DNA of 64,000 nt from positions 1 to 64,000 of the forward strand of contig NIVC01000070.1 in assembly GCA_002269645.1 (NCBI GenBank), read 5' to 3'. The stretch's first letter is position 1; each line of letters begins with the position of its first letter. The notes under the pieces are model-generated. The model saw nothing but the letters and a program-made list of their open reading frames with translations, searched no databases and had not been told where the DNA came from. This DNA comes from Macrostomum lignano (Eukaryota). The position numbers and the translations under genes were made by a program. Positions 44,966-56,700 of this stretch are shown piece by piece.

Positions 44966-45298
44966 ACATGCAATGACTTAAAAATCTTAACGCATACTTC
45001 GAAACACCTAATTTAAAATCTACAATAAAAGCTGATTCTGAAGCTGTCGGTAAAGTTTGTCTCGGAAATTCGCACCCATTAACCACTAAAATGATGGCAA
45101 CGCACCGGAGAGACAGATGACCTGTTTAGCTGTGCCAGACTCATTGTCAGAGTTTACTTTAGGCTTCAACATTTCTTTATTTGGCTTTAAGATCGCATCA
45201 GAATTTCCAAGTCAACTACGATGCATGCAGTTACTAAAAGATAGCAATGTCGATACATTTTAACCTTAATCATTACACAAAGTTTTCGCAGTGAAAAT

Positions 45299-46394
45299 TT
45301 ACAGTAGTGCTTGAAACTCGGGATGCTGCGGCTCTGCATCGGTGTCTTTCGGACCCGGATGTTGCTGCAGCTTCTGCTGTTGCTGGCTGTTCTGACAAGC
45401 CCCATCTTCAGCAGCATTTTCGGTGGAAGAGGCAACTGCGGAAGCAAAGAAAGCCATTTGAACTTAATTTACTCCGAACAGTTCACGTACTTATCTGATG
45501 CTGGTGCTCTGAGACACGTCATCTTGCCCGGCAACGAGACGTATTCTCAAAGTTACGCTAACTGAATACTTCAACAGCTCGAAATTAGAAATCGTCACTA
45601 GAGATATAAAACACGTACAATCTTCACTGCGCACGATTAACAGCTGGTGAAATTTCGATCTAGTTAAGCTTGGTCCTAGTAAAACTGCATGTACGCTCGT
45701 ATGTCTTTGTCATCATCTGACACGTCATAGGATGCACCGTGAGGTTTGGTCAATCAAGGATATCTAGACTGATGTGACGTAAAACTCTAGTTGTCCTTGC
45801 GGTTAATTTGCGAAACCCTCAGCCGCCGCTGCAGGACCGTACGCGTACGGAGTGTCATTTTCTGGTTCTATGTGCCAACTTGTTTTCTGAAACGCGTCAT
45901 CTGGTTTGCCTCCACCACAGGTGTACCAGCAGATCTTATTATACTGTTAAGGTCACAAAACATGCAGACAAATCTTTTGCAACCATGGACTACTCAGATA
46001 TTGTTTATATACTGTGTTTATTTTAAGCAGTACGAAATTGCAACACCTGAAGCTGCAAAGTAAAATGGCGACTAAAACAAGCAAATAATTGAAGTGCTCA
46101 CCTAAGGATATCCCGGCAATTCCAACGCTATCCTTCGTCGTCTCTGCCGCCCCGGCCGTCGCAGCTACCGTCGGACGCCTTCGACGGCGTCGCTGCCAGC
46201 GTCTGCGGAGGCGACCCCTGCCGGCGGCCTCCAGCGACTCGCACTCGCTGCAGAAGCTTCCAGACGCTGAGCAGTCGTCCTCCGTGTCTTCTTCGTCGCT
46301 GAAGTCTTTTGGGCCGCGTTTGGCTGGTCGGTAGCTGCCTCTGCGGCTGCTTCCGCTGCTGCTGCTACTGCTTCCAGCAGTGTTGCCGCTTCCA

Positions 46395-46425
<31 letters not shown>

Positions 46426-46617
46426 CGCTGACGCTGCTTGCACTGCTGGCGAATTGTTGTTCGTTGTTGCTCCTAGGTCGACGGTTTCTGCTTGTCGATG
46501 GCGTCGTGTCTAAAACAATGCGTGGCAAGGTGGTTTTAGTGCCGCAGTTTGATGCAACTGCTGCTTCAACATTACAAAGATCAAATGCAAAGTTTTTGCC
46601 AACTTTGGCAGCTTCAC
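45299..46617 (-). CDS. Two phase-1 exons of a low-complexity Ser/Arg/acidic protein; probably the 3' part of the ParB-like gene at 50261..50585
   Basis: Exon 46102..46617 (acceptor ttcttcaag, donor GTGAGC) and exon 45299..45435 (acceptor ctttctttgcttccgcag, ends ...EFQALL*); phases match. Confidence 0.6.
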
Positions 46618-46729
46618 CTTGAAGAAAAACTGTCTTCTGTTTTTGTTTTCTTGGAGGTTTTTGTTTTAGCCAAAGGTACACCTAATGTACGAGCTCGTAC
46701 ACAATGCCCTTGACTGATGTTTTACTTTT

Positions 46730-47540
46730 CAAGATGTCCTGAACCGAGAGTCCAATGTAAAAGATGTCCTGGACCGAGAGTCCAATGTACAAGATGTCCT
46801 GGACCAAGAGTCCAATGTACAAGATGTCCTGAACCGAGAGTCCAATGTAAAAGATGTCCTGGACCGAGAGTCCAATGTACAAGATGTCCTGAACCGAGAG
46901 TCCAATGTAAAAGATGTCCTGGACCGAGAGTCCAATGTACAAGATGTCCTGAACCGAGAGTCCAATGTACAAGATGTCCTGAACCGAGAGTCCAATGTAC
47001 AAGATGTCCTGAACCGAGAGTCCAATGTACAAGATGTCCTGAACTGAGAGTCCAATGTACAAGATGTCCTGAACCGAGAGTCCAATGTACAAGATGTCCT
47101 GAACCGAGAGTCCAATGTACAAGATGTCCTGAACCGAGAGTCCAATGTACAAGATGTCCTGAACTGAGAGTCCAATGTACAAGATGTCCTGAACCGAGAG
47201 TCCAATGTACAAGATGTCCTGAACCTAGAATCCAATGTACAAGATGTCCTGAACCTAGAATCCAATGTAAAAGATGTCCTGAACCTATAATCCAATGTAA
47301 AAGATGTCCTGAACCTAGAATACAATGTACAAGATTTCCTGAACCTAGAGTCCAATGTACAAGATGTCCTGAACTTAGAGTCCAGTGTACAAGATGTCTT
47401 GAACCGATAGTTCAATGTACAAGATGTCGTGAACCGATAGTTCAATGTACAAGATGTCGTGAACCGATAGTTCAATGTTAAGATGTCCTGAACCGAGAGT
47501 TCAAAGTACTCATACAAGAGGTCCTCAACCGAGGGCTCAT
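46730..47540. repeat. 30-bp minisatellite (AAGATGTCCTGAACCGAGAGTCCAATGTAC)
   Basis: About 26 units, degenerating rightward. Confidence 0.97.
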
Positions 47541-48384
47541 TATAAACGTTCCATCGAACGTTAAATTGACTCATCTGTGAGGTCCTTCCATGGCATATAC
47601 TTTGAGTGGGCATTATAATATTTTCTCTCAAAGTCACTTGCAAAATCAAACTGACTTATCAAAGTCACTTCCTTACTACGACTAGTTTTCCCTCCAGAAA
47701 GTACTCAATAGCTCGTACTTATTGGCACCCAGAAACTTAAGGGACACCCAGTCCTGCCAGATGCTGATATTTAGATCCGTTTCTTTGCATTTGTAGTCAG
47801 GGAAATGAGGGGCAACAGAAAGACACAAGAACTGAGAGAACTAAGGCGGGCAGGCAGGCAGGCAGACGGGCGAAGGAAATTCGGCCAGCGTGTCCCGAGC
47901 CCCGGCCGGTCCCTGAGGCGAATATTAGAGAAAATGACATAAAAAACTGCCCCCCCCCCTATGAGACCAGAAATAAATCCTTTCCCTCGGCCAAACTTTT
48001 CGGAGTCAATCTCTAAGTGAATCCGTACTGTTGTGCCCGCCGAGCCTGTAACTGGGCCAAGTCCCTTTCGCCTAGCTGTCCGGGACCCTGATCCTGCGCC
48101 TCGTCATTTTAGAGCAGAAAAATGTAAATAAAAACAGATCCCCGAGTCAAGCAGGAAAGAAAGAGAGGAAAGATAAGATACCAAAGTAACGGTAAATATT
48201 TCCTTGAGCTGTGAGAAAATTTATCACACAGCCTGCGAAGTATATAGTCATAATATATATCTGAGTTATTATTTACATGGCAGCACTGTCTGATCCATCT
48301 TCGCCCCACCCCAAAAAAATCCGAACTCTTCAACTGTGAAACTCAACTGGATTGGAGTATCTCTAGGTTATGATGAACTCCAGA

Positions 48385-50135
48385 ATTTACAGATCCTCTA
48401 TCCGATACTGTGTCAGCAGGTCAAGCAGATTTACAGATCATCTATCCGACACTGTGTCAGCAGGTCAAGCAGATTTACAGATCATCTATCCGACACTGTG
48501 TCAGCAGGTCAAGTAGATTTACAGATCATCTATCCGACACTGTGTCAGCAGGTCAAGCAGATTTACAGATCATCTATCCGACACTGTCAGCAGGTCAAGT
48601 AGATTTACAGATCATCTATCCGACACTGTGTCAGCAGGTCAAGCAGATTTACAGATCCTCTATCCGACACTGTGTCAGCAGGTCAAGCAGATTTACAGAT
48701 CATCTATCCGACACTGTGTCAGCAGGTCAAGTAGATTTACAGATCATCTATCCGACACTGTGTCAGCAGGTCAAGCAGATTTACAGATAATCTATCCGAC
48801 ACTGTGTCAGCAGGTCAAGTAGATTTACAGATCATCTATCCGACACTGTGTCAGCAGGTCAAGTAGATTTACAGATCCTCTATCCGACACTGTGTCAGCA
48901 GGTCAAGTAGATTTACAGATCATCTATCCGACACTGTGTCAGCAGGTCAAGTAGATTTACAGATCCTCTATCCGACACTGTCAGCAGGTCAAGTAGATTT
49001 ACAGATCATCTATCCGACACTGTGTCAGCAGGTCAAGCAGATTTACAGATCCTCTATCCGACACTGTGTCAGCAGGTCAAGTAGATTTACAGATCATCTA
49101 TCCGACACTGTGTCAGCAGGTCAAGTAGATTTACAGATCCTCTATCCGACACTGTGTCAGCAGGTCAAGTAGATTTACAGATCATCTATCCGACACTGTG
49201 TCAGCAGGTCAAGTAGATTTACAGATCATCTATCCGACACTGTGTCAGCAGGTCAAGTAGATTTACAGATCATCTATCCGACACTGTGTCAGCAGGTCAA
49301 GTAGATTTACAGATCATCTATCCGACACTGTGTCAGCAGGTCAAGCAGATTTACAGATCATATATCCGGCACTGTGTCAGCAGGTCAAGTAGATTTACAG
49401 ATTCTCTATCCGACACTGTGTCAGCAAGTCAAGTAGATTTACAGATCATCTATCCGACACTGTGTCAGCAGGTCAAGTAGATTTACAGATCATCTATCCG
49501 ACACTGTGTCAGCAGGTCAAGCAGATTTACAGATCCTCTATCCGACACTGTGTCAGCATGTCAAGTAGATTTACAGATCATCTATCCGACACTGTGTCAG
49601 CAGGTCAAGTAGATTTACAGATCATCTATCCGGCACTGTGTCAGCAAGTCAAGTAGATTTACAGATCATCTATCCGACACTGTGTCAGCAGGTCAAGTAG
49701 ATTTACAGATCATCTATCCGACACTGTGTCAGCAGGTCAAGCAGATTTACAGATCCTCTATCCGACACTGTGTCAGCAGGTCAAGTAGATTTACAGATCA
49801 TCTATCCGACACTGTGTCAGCAGGTCAAGCAGATTTACAGATCATCTATCCGACACTGTCAGCAGGTCAAGCAGATTTACAGATCCTCTATCCGACACTG
49901 TGTCAGCAGGTCAAGTAGATTTACAGATCATCTATCCGACACTGTGTCAGCAGGTCAAGTAGATTTACAGATCATCTATCCGACACTGTGTCAGCAGGTC
50001 AAGCAGATTTACAGATCCTCTATCCGACACTGTGTCAGCAGGTCAAGTAGATTTACAGATCATCTATCCGACACTGTGTCAGCAGGTCAAGTAGATTTAC
50101 AGATCATCTATCCGACACTGTGTCAGCAGGTCAAG
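48385..50135. repeat. 44-bp minisatellite (TCAGCAGGTCAAGTAGATTTACAGATCATCTATCCGACACTGTG)
   Basis: About 40 units, some with a 2-bp deletion. Confidence 0.97.
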
Positions 50136-50260
50136 TCTGCGGAATGGGCAGAATTGCCTCAGCTCTGGCTGCGGAACCATGTCAACCGAAGACACGGCGC
50201 CAGGGGCCCACAACTCCTGCAATTATTATTGACGCAGGTGCGGTCAGAGCCGGTCCCTAC

Positions 50261-50585
50261 CTTCGCCAGGCATCAGCCGACTGCCCAGACTCTGCGGCAG
50301 CAGCCGGTCCGGACAGATGACAACTCGGACGCGGCGGCATCGTCCGCTCCGCTGCATGTGCTGGCAGATGGTCAGGTGCAGGCTGTTCAGCGCGTACCAC
50401 TGACCGTTGCGACGCGCCACCTGCAGTTTCGGGTAGCCGGAGTTGTGGCTGAGCAGCCTGCGCGAGTACTCGGCCAAGTCGACGTCGTTTAGGCGTCGTC
50501 GACAGTCCTCGTTGGCCTCGGCGTCCAGTTTGGAGATGTAGTTGATCTCCGATGGGCAAAGGAATGTGGCCTTACCGGATGCCAT
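50261..50585 (-). CDS. First exon of a gene with a ParB/sulfiredoxin-like N-terminal domain
   Basis: ATG 50585; LCPSEINY...PKLQVARRNGQWYALNSLHLTICQHMQRSGRCRRVRV resembles the pattern LxPSEIxYxQ...PxIxVxxxxGxWYxLxNRRLWVF of small ParB-like proteins as I recall it (not searched). Donor GAAG|GTAGGG, phase 1. Confidence 0.6.
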
Positions 50586-50707
50586 TGCGGCTCAGACTGG
50601 TCGAGCAGGTTGTTCTGCGATTTGGCAATCGACTCAAGTAGTCGCACACTGTAGAGTACAAAAAGTCGCAGTTGGATGCAACAGACGCTAAGTTGGGGTC
50701 CGAGCTA

Positions 50708-53700
50708 ATGGATCAAGGCGGCAGTTGGCCCGCTCTAGTAACTTCTTTTACTTCAAAGGCCTGGTAGAGAACCCAGCGCATGGCTGCGAGAATAGAGAAT
50801 AGAGAAGGGAGATGGGATAGAAGAAAGGAGAAAGGAGAGGCGAGGGGCCAGAGGCGAGGAGAGGCGAAAAGAGAGGAGAGAAGAGATAGGAGAATGGGAG
50901 GAAAGAAGGAAAGGAAAGGAGAAGAGAAGAGAAGAGAGGAGAGGAGAAGAGAGGAGAGAAGAGGAGACGAGAGGAGAGGAGAGGAGAGGAGAGGAGAGGA
51001 GAGGAGAGGAGAGAAGAGGAGAGGAGAGGAGAGGAGAGGAGAAGAGAGGAGAGAAGAGGAGAGGAGAGGAGAGGAAAGGAGAGGAGAGGAGAGGAGAGGA
51101 GAGGAGAGGAGAGAAGAGGAGAGGAGAGGAGAGGAGAGGAGAGGAGAGGAGAGGAGAGAAGAGGAGAGGAGAGGAGAGGAGAGGAGAGGAGAGAAGAGGA
51201 GAGGAGAGGAGAGGAGAGGAGAAGAGAGCAAAGGAGAGAAGAGGAGAGGAGAGGAGAGGAGAGGAGAGGAGAGAAGAGGAGAGGAGAGGAGAGGAGAGGA
51301 AAGGAGAGGAGAGAAGAGGAGAGGAGAGGAGAAGAGAGCAAAGGAGAGGAGAGGAGAGGAGAGGAGAGGAGAGGAGAGGAGAGAAGAGGAGAGGAGAGGA
51401 GAGGAGAGGAGAGGAGAGGAAAGGAGAGGAGAGAAGAGGAGAGGAGAGGAGAGGAGAGGAGAGGAGAGAAGAGGAGAGGAGAGGAGAGGAGAGGAGAGGA
51501 GAGGAGAGGAGAGGAGAGGAGAGGAGAGAAGAGGAGAGGAGAGGAGAGGAGAGGAAAGGAGAGGAGAGGAGAGGAGAGGAGAGAAGAGGAGAGGAGAGGA
51601 GAGGAGAGGAGAGGAGAGGAGAGACAGAGGAGATTAGAGAGAAGAGAGCTGAGAAGAGACGCAAACATTGACCAGGCTAGATTGCCATTGTGAAGTGTCA
51701 AAGGACCCGAGGGCCGGATAGAGAGGTTCCGCGGGACGGGGTCTGCCGACCCCATGTTTAAACTGCTTATTTAGAATAAATGCTCGCTTGAGTTCAATCC
51801 CACAAAAGCTGACAATTAGATCGATGTAGGTCATTAATAGTTAAAATTCTGCCTGCCAAACAGGTGTTAGCAGTTGAAATATTGAAAATTAAACCTAAAA
51901 GTACAAATATTCTATAGTACGCTCGTAGTTAGACACGGGCTCTGCGTTATCAAAGTCAGACAAAAGTTTAGAGGCTAAATTTTGATAAGATGGTTCAGTA
52001 GGGGCTTGTAATAGGTCAGTAGGGGGTTGTGATTGGTGCATAGGGGTTGTGATAGGTCAGTAGGGGGTTGTGATAGGTGCATAGGGGTTGTGATAGGTCA
52101 GTAGGGGGTTGTTGTAGGTCATTAGGGGTTGTGATAGGTCAGTAGGGGATTGTTGTAGGTCACTAGGGGTGTGAGGTCAGTAGGGGTTGTGATAGGTCAG
52201 TAGGGGGTTGTGATAGGTCAGTAGGGGTTGTGATAGGTCAGTAGGGGGTTGTGATAGGTCAGCAGGGGGTTGTGATAGGTACGTAGGGGTTGTGATAGGT
52301 CAGTTGGGGGTTGTGATAGGTCAATTGGGGGTTGTAATAGGTCATTAGGGGTTGTGGTAGTTGTAGGGGGAGTGACAACTCATTGACAGCTCAGTGACAA
52401 CACAGTAAGTAAATATGTTTACCTGAACCCCTGAAATTTAGTTTCAGTGAATCAAGAACTTCTACTTCACAGCACATCTGTATTATAAAACTGTTTTGCA
52501 AAGAGAGTTGGTTGTACTTAGATAAGTTCTCGCTAATATGTTGGCTAACTGAAACCCCTAATCGAGTTGTTAAGCTTCTATCAGTGCTCTTACCCAGGAA
52601 GCGATCGCACAGGTGAGCTAATCTTACCTAATCCGATGAGTGTCAATACGCGCTGTAGTCCACCCTGTCAGTGTACGAGCTCGAACACTCGGCTGACTGA
52701 ACTGACTGTTTAATTGAAAGCACTGAGAGAAGGAAAGGGAGCGAGAAAAATACGGGGTGGCAGAGATACTGAGCCGCTGGGTGAGAGGGCTTTTGCTACT
52801 GGCTCCCGGATTCGACTGCTGCTGAGCGCTCCCGACTGTACTTTTGTTGAGTGATAAGTAACGGATTTAAAATGGCAATAAATATTATTGCTGCTGCTTG
52901 AGCTGAGTAAGGGTTTAGTGAGGAGGTAGTGACGCGAGGGTAGTGACCCAGATGGTAGTGACTTGGAGGTTAGAGATACAAGGAGTGACAGCTCAGTAGG
53001 GAGAGTGACAGCTCAGTAGGGGGAGTGACAGCTCAGTAGTGGGAGTGACAGCTCAGTAAGGGGAGTGACAGCTCAGTAAGGGGAGTGACAGCTCAGTAGG
53101 GGGAGTGACAGCTCAGTAAGGGGAGTGACAGCTCAATAGTGGGAATGACAGCTCAGTAAGGGGAGTGACAGCTCAGTAGGGAGAGTGACAGCTCAGTAGG
53201 GGGAATGACAGCTCAGTAGTGGGAGTGACAGCTCAGTAGTGGGAGTGACAGCTCAGTAGGGGGAGTGACAGCTCAGTAGGGGGAGTGACAGCTCAGTAGG
53301 GGGAGTGAAAGCTCAGTAGGGGGAGTGACAGCTCAGTAAGGGGAGTGACAGCTCAGTAAGGGGAGTGACAGCTCAGTAGGGGGAGTGACAGCTCAGTAGT
53401 GAGAGTGACAGCTCAGTAGGGGAGTGACAGCTCAGTAGGGGGAGTGACAGCTCAGTAAGGGGAGTGACAGCTCAGTAGGGGGAGTGACAGCTCAGTAAGG
53501 GGAGTGACAGCTCAGTAAGGGGAGTGACAGCTCAGTAAGGGGAGTGACAGCTCAGTAGGGGGAGTGACAGCTCAGTAGGGGGAGTGACAGCTCAGTAGGG
53601 GGAGTGACAGCTCAGTAGGGGGAGTGAAAGCTCAGTAGGGGGAGTGACAGCTCAGTAAGGGGAGTGAAAGCTCAGTAAGGGGAGTGACAGCTCAGTAGGG

Positions 53701-56700
53701 GGAGTGACAGCTCAGTAGTGGGAGTGACAGCTCAGTAAGGGGAGTGACAGCTCAGTAGGGGGAGTGACAGCTCAGTAAGGGAGTGACAGCTCAGTAAGGG
53801 GAGTGACAGCTCAGTAAGGGGAGTGACAGCTCAGTAGGGGGAGTGACAGCTCAGTAGGGGGAGTGACAGCTCAGTAGGGGGAGTGACAGCTCAGTAGGGG
53901 GAGTGACAGCTCAGTAGGGGGAGTGACAGCTCAGTAGGGGGAGTGAAAGCTCAGTAGGGGGAGTGACAGCTCAGTAAGGGAGTGACAGCTCAGTAAGGGG
54001 AGTGACAGCTCAGTAGGGGAGTGACAGCTCAGTAGTGGGAGTGACAGCTCAGTAAGGGGAGTGACAGCTCAGTAGGGGGAGTGACAGCTCAGTAAGGGGA
54101 GTGACAGCTCAGTAAGGGGAGTGACAGCTCAGTAAGGGGAGTGACAGCTCAGTAGGGGGAGTGACAGCTCAGTAGGGGAGTGACAGCTCAGTAGGGGAGT
54201 GACAGCTCAGTAGGGGGAGTGAAAGCTCAGTAGGGGGAGTGACAGCTCAGTAAGGGGAGTGACAGCTCAGTAAGGGGAGTGACAGCTCAGTAGGGGGAGT
54301 GACAGCTCAGTAGTGAGAGTGACAGCTCAGTAGGGGGAGTGACAGCTCAGTAGGGGGAGTGACAGCTCAGTAAGGGGAGTGACAGCTCAGTAGGGGAAGT
54401 GACAGCTCAGTAGGGGGAGTGACAGCTCAGTAAGGGGAGTGACAGCTCAGTAAGGGGAGTGACAGCTCAGTAGGGGGAGTGACAGCTCAGTAAGGGGAGT
54501 GACAGCTCAATAGTGGGAATGACAGCTCAGTAAGGGGAGTGACAGCTCAGTAGGGAGAGTGACAGCTCAGTAGGGGGAATGACAGCTCAGTAGTGGGAGT
54601 GACAGCTCAGTAGTGGGAGTGACAGCTCAGTAGGGGGAGTGACAGCTCAGTAGGGGGAGTGACAGCTCAGTAGGGGGAGTGAAAGCTCAGTAGGGGGAGT
54701 GACAGCTCAGTAAGGGGAGTGACAGCTCAGTAAGGGGAGTGACAGCTCAGTAGGGGGAGTGACAGCTCAGTAGTGAGAGTGACAGCTCAGTAGGGGGAGT
54801 GACAGCTCAGTAGGGGGAGTGACAGCTCAGTAAGGGGAGTGACAGCTCAGTAGGGGGAGTGACAGCTCAGTAAGGGGAGTGACAGCTCAGTAAGGGGAGT
54901 GACAGCTCAGTAAGGGGAGTGACAGCTCAGTAGGGGGAGTGACAGCTCAGTAGGGGGAGTGACAGCTCAGTAGGGGGAGTGACAGCTCAGTAGGGGGAGT
55001 GAAAGCTCAGTAGGGGGAGTGACAGCTCAGTAAGGGGAGTGAAAGCTCAGTAAGGGGAGTGACAGCTCAGTAGGGGGAGTGACAGCTCAGTAGTGGGAGT
55101 GACAGCTCAGTAAGGGGAGTGACAGCTCAGTAGGGGGAGTGACAGCTCAGTAAGGGGAGTGACAGCTCAGTAAGGGGAGTGACAGCTCAGTAAGGGGAGT
55201 GACAGCTCAGTAGGGGGAGTGACAGCTCAGTAGGGGGAGTGACAGCTCAGTAGGGGGAGTGACAGCTCAGTAGGGGGAGTGAAAGCTCAGTAGTGGGAGT
55301 GACAGCTCTGTAGTGGGAGTGACAGCTCAGTAGTGGGAGTGACAGCTCAGTAGGGAGAGTGACAGCTCAGTAGGGGGAGTGACAGCTCAATAGTGGGAAT
55401 GACAGCTCAGTAGGAGGAGTGACAGCTCAGTAGGGAGAGTGACAGCTCAGTAGGGGGAATGACAGCTCAGTAGTGGGAGTGACAGCTCAGTAGTGGGAGT
55501 GACAGCTCAGTAGTGGGAGTGACAGCTCAGTAGGGGGAGTGACAGCTCAGTAGTGGGAGTGACAGCTCAGTAGTGGGAGTGACAGCTCAGTAGGGGGAGT
55601 GACAGCTCAGTAGTGGGAGTGACAGCTCAGTAGTGGGAGTGACAGCTCAGTAGTGGGAGTGACAGCTCAGTAGGGAGAGTGACAGCTCAGTAGGGGGAGT
55701 GACAGCTCAATAGTGGGAATGACAGCTCAGTAGGAGGAGTGACAGCTCAGTAGGGAGAGTGACAGCTCAGTAAGAGAGTGCCGTAGGCTATAGGTTGAAA
55801 ACGTGAGTATTTATCTCTGCACAGCTAGCTGCATCAGATGCCTCCCAGCTCATATCAGTTCATCTAGCAAGACTGGCAACTCAGACTCCGCATAACCTGT
55901 AAGCGATCTGGTTGGCAGCTATAAGGACATGAATATGCATGCTCAAATTGCATGTTTCATTCTCTTCCTAACAATTAGTTGTGAGTTAGCTGCGGTACTG
56001 GTAACTAACCTCGCCTATCCTATCTATGCCCTATATTAATCCCTTTCTCTGTACCCTCAGGGTTCCGCCTTAGCTTCACATGCAGTAAGGCCTTCATCTC
56101 TTATAACTATAGATAGCAATTTTGCATACAAGTAGAGGTCAATATGTATAAACTACAGAACATTATTGGATTTACTGACATGCGCCCGCGTTTTCAGAGA
56201 ACGAAATTGAGATTTTTTAGCCTGCTACTCAGTCATAACTGCTTGTCACTCCTCGGTCATTAACTGTCTGTCACTCGGTCATTAACTGTCTGTCACTCGT
56301 TCATTAACTGTTCGTCACTCGGTCATCAAGTGTCCGTCACTTGGTCATTAACTGTCTGTCACTCGGTCATTAACTGTCCGTCACTCTGTCATTAACTATT
56401 CGTCACTCGGTCATCAACTGTCTGTCAATCGGTCATTAACTGTCCGTCACTCTGTCATTAACTGTTCGTCACTCGGTCATCAAGTGTCCGTCACTTGGTC
56501 ATTAACTGTCTGTCACTCGGTCATTAACTGTCTGTCACTCGGTCATTAACTTCCGTCACTCGGTCATTACCTGTCTGTCATTCGGTCATTAACTGTCTGT
56601 CACTCGGTCATTACCTGTTTGTCACTCGGTCACTGTCTGTCACTCGGTCATTAACTGTTCGTCACTTGATTATCAAGTATCCGTCACTCGGTCACTAAAT

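Noticed and set aside
45311-45565. Plus-strand ORF with an apparent signal peptide (LLQLLLLLAVL)
   Set aside because: Antisense shadow of the CAG-rich minus-strand terminal exon 45299..45435, which has a strong acceptor and matching phase.
46682-47649. (RCPEPRVQCT)n Cys-rich ORF and antisense ORFs
   Set aside because: 30-bp unit open in several frames, no signal peptide, no bias toward synonymous variants noticed; probably intronic.
47866-48072. MITE with GGCGAAGG...CCTTTCGCC ends
   Set aside because: Inverted repeat is short and imperfect, no TSD found.
48336-50135. CRISPR-like regular 44-bp repeats and their short ORFs
   Set aside because: Head-to-tail repeats without unique spacers, eukaryotic context, no cas genes.
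50713-51755. LLSSP / EERRG ORFs
   Set aside because: (GGAGA)n translation.
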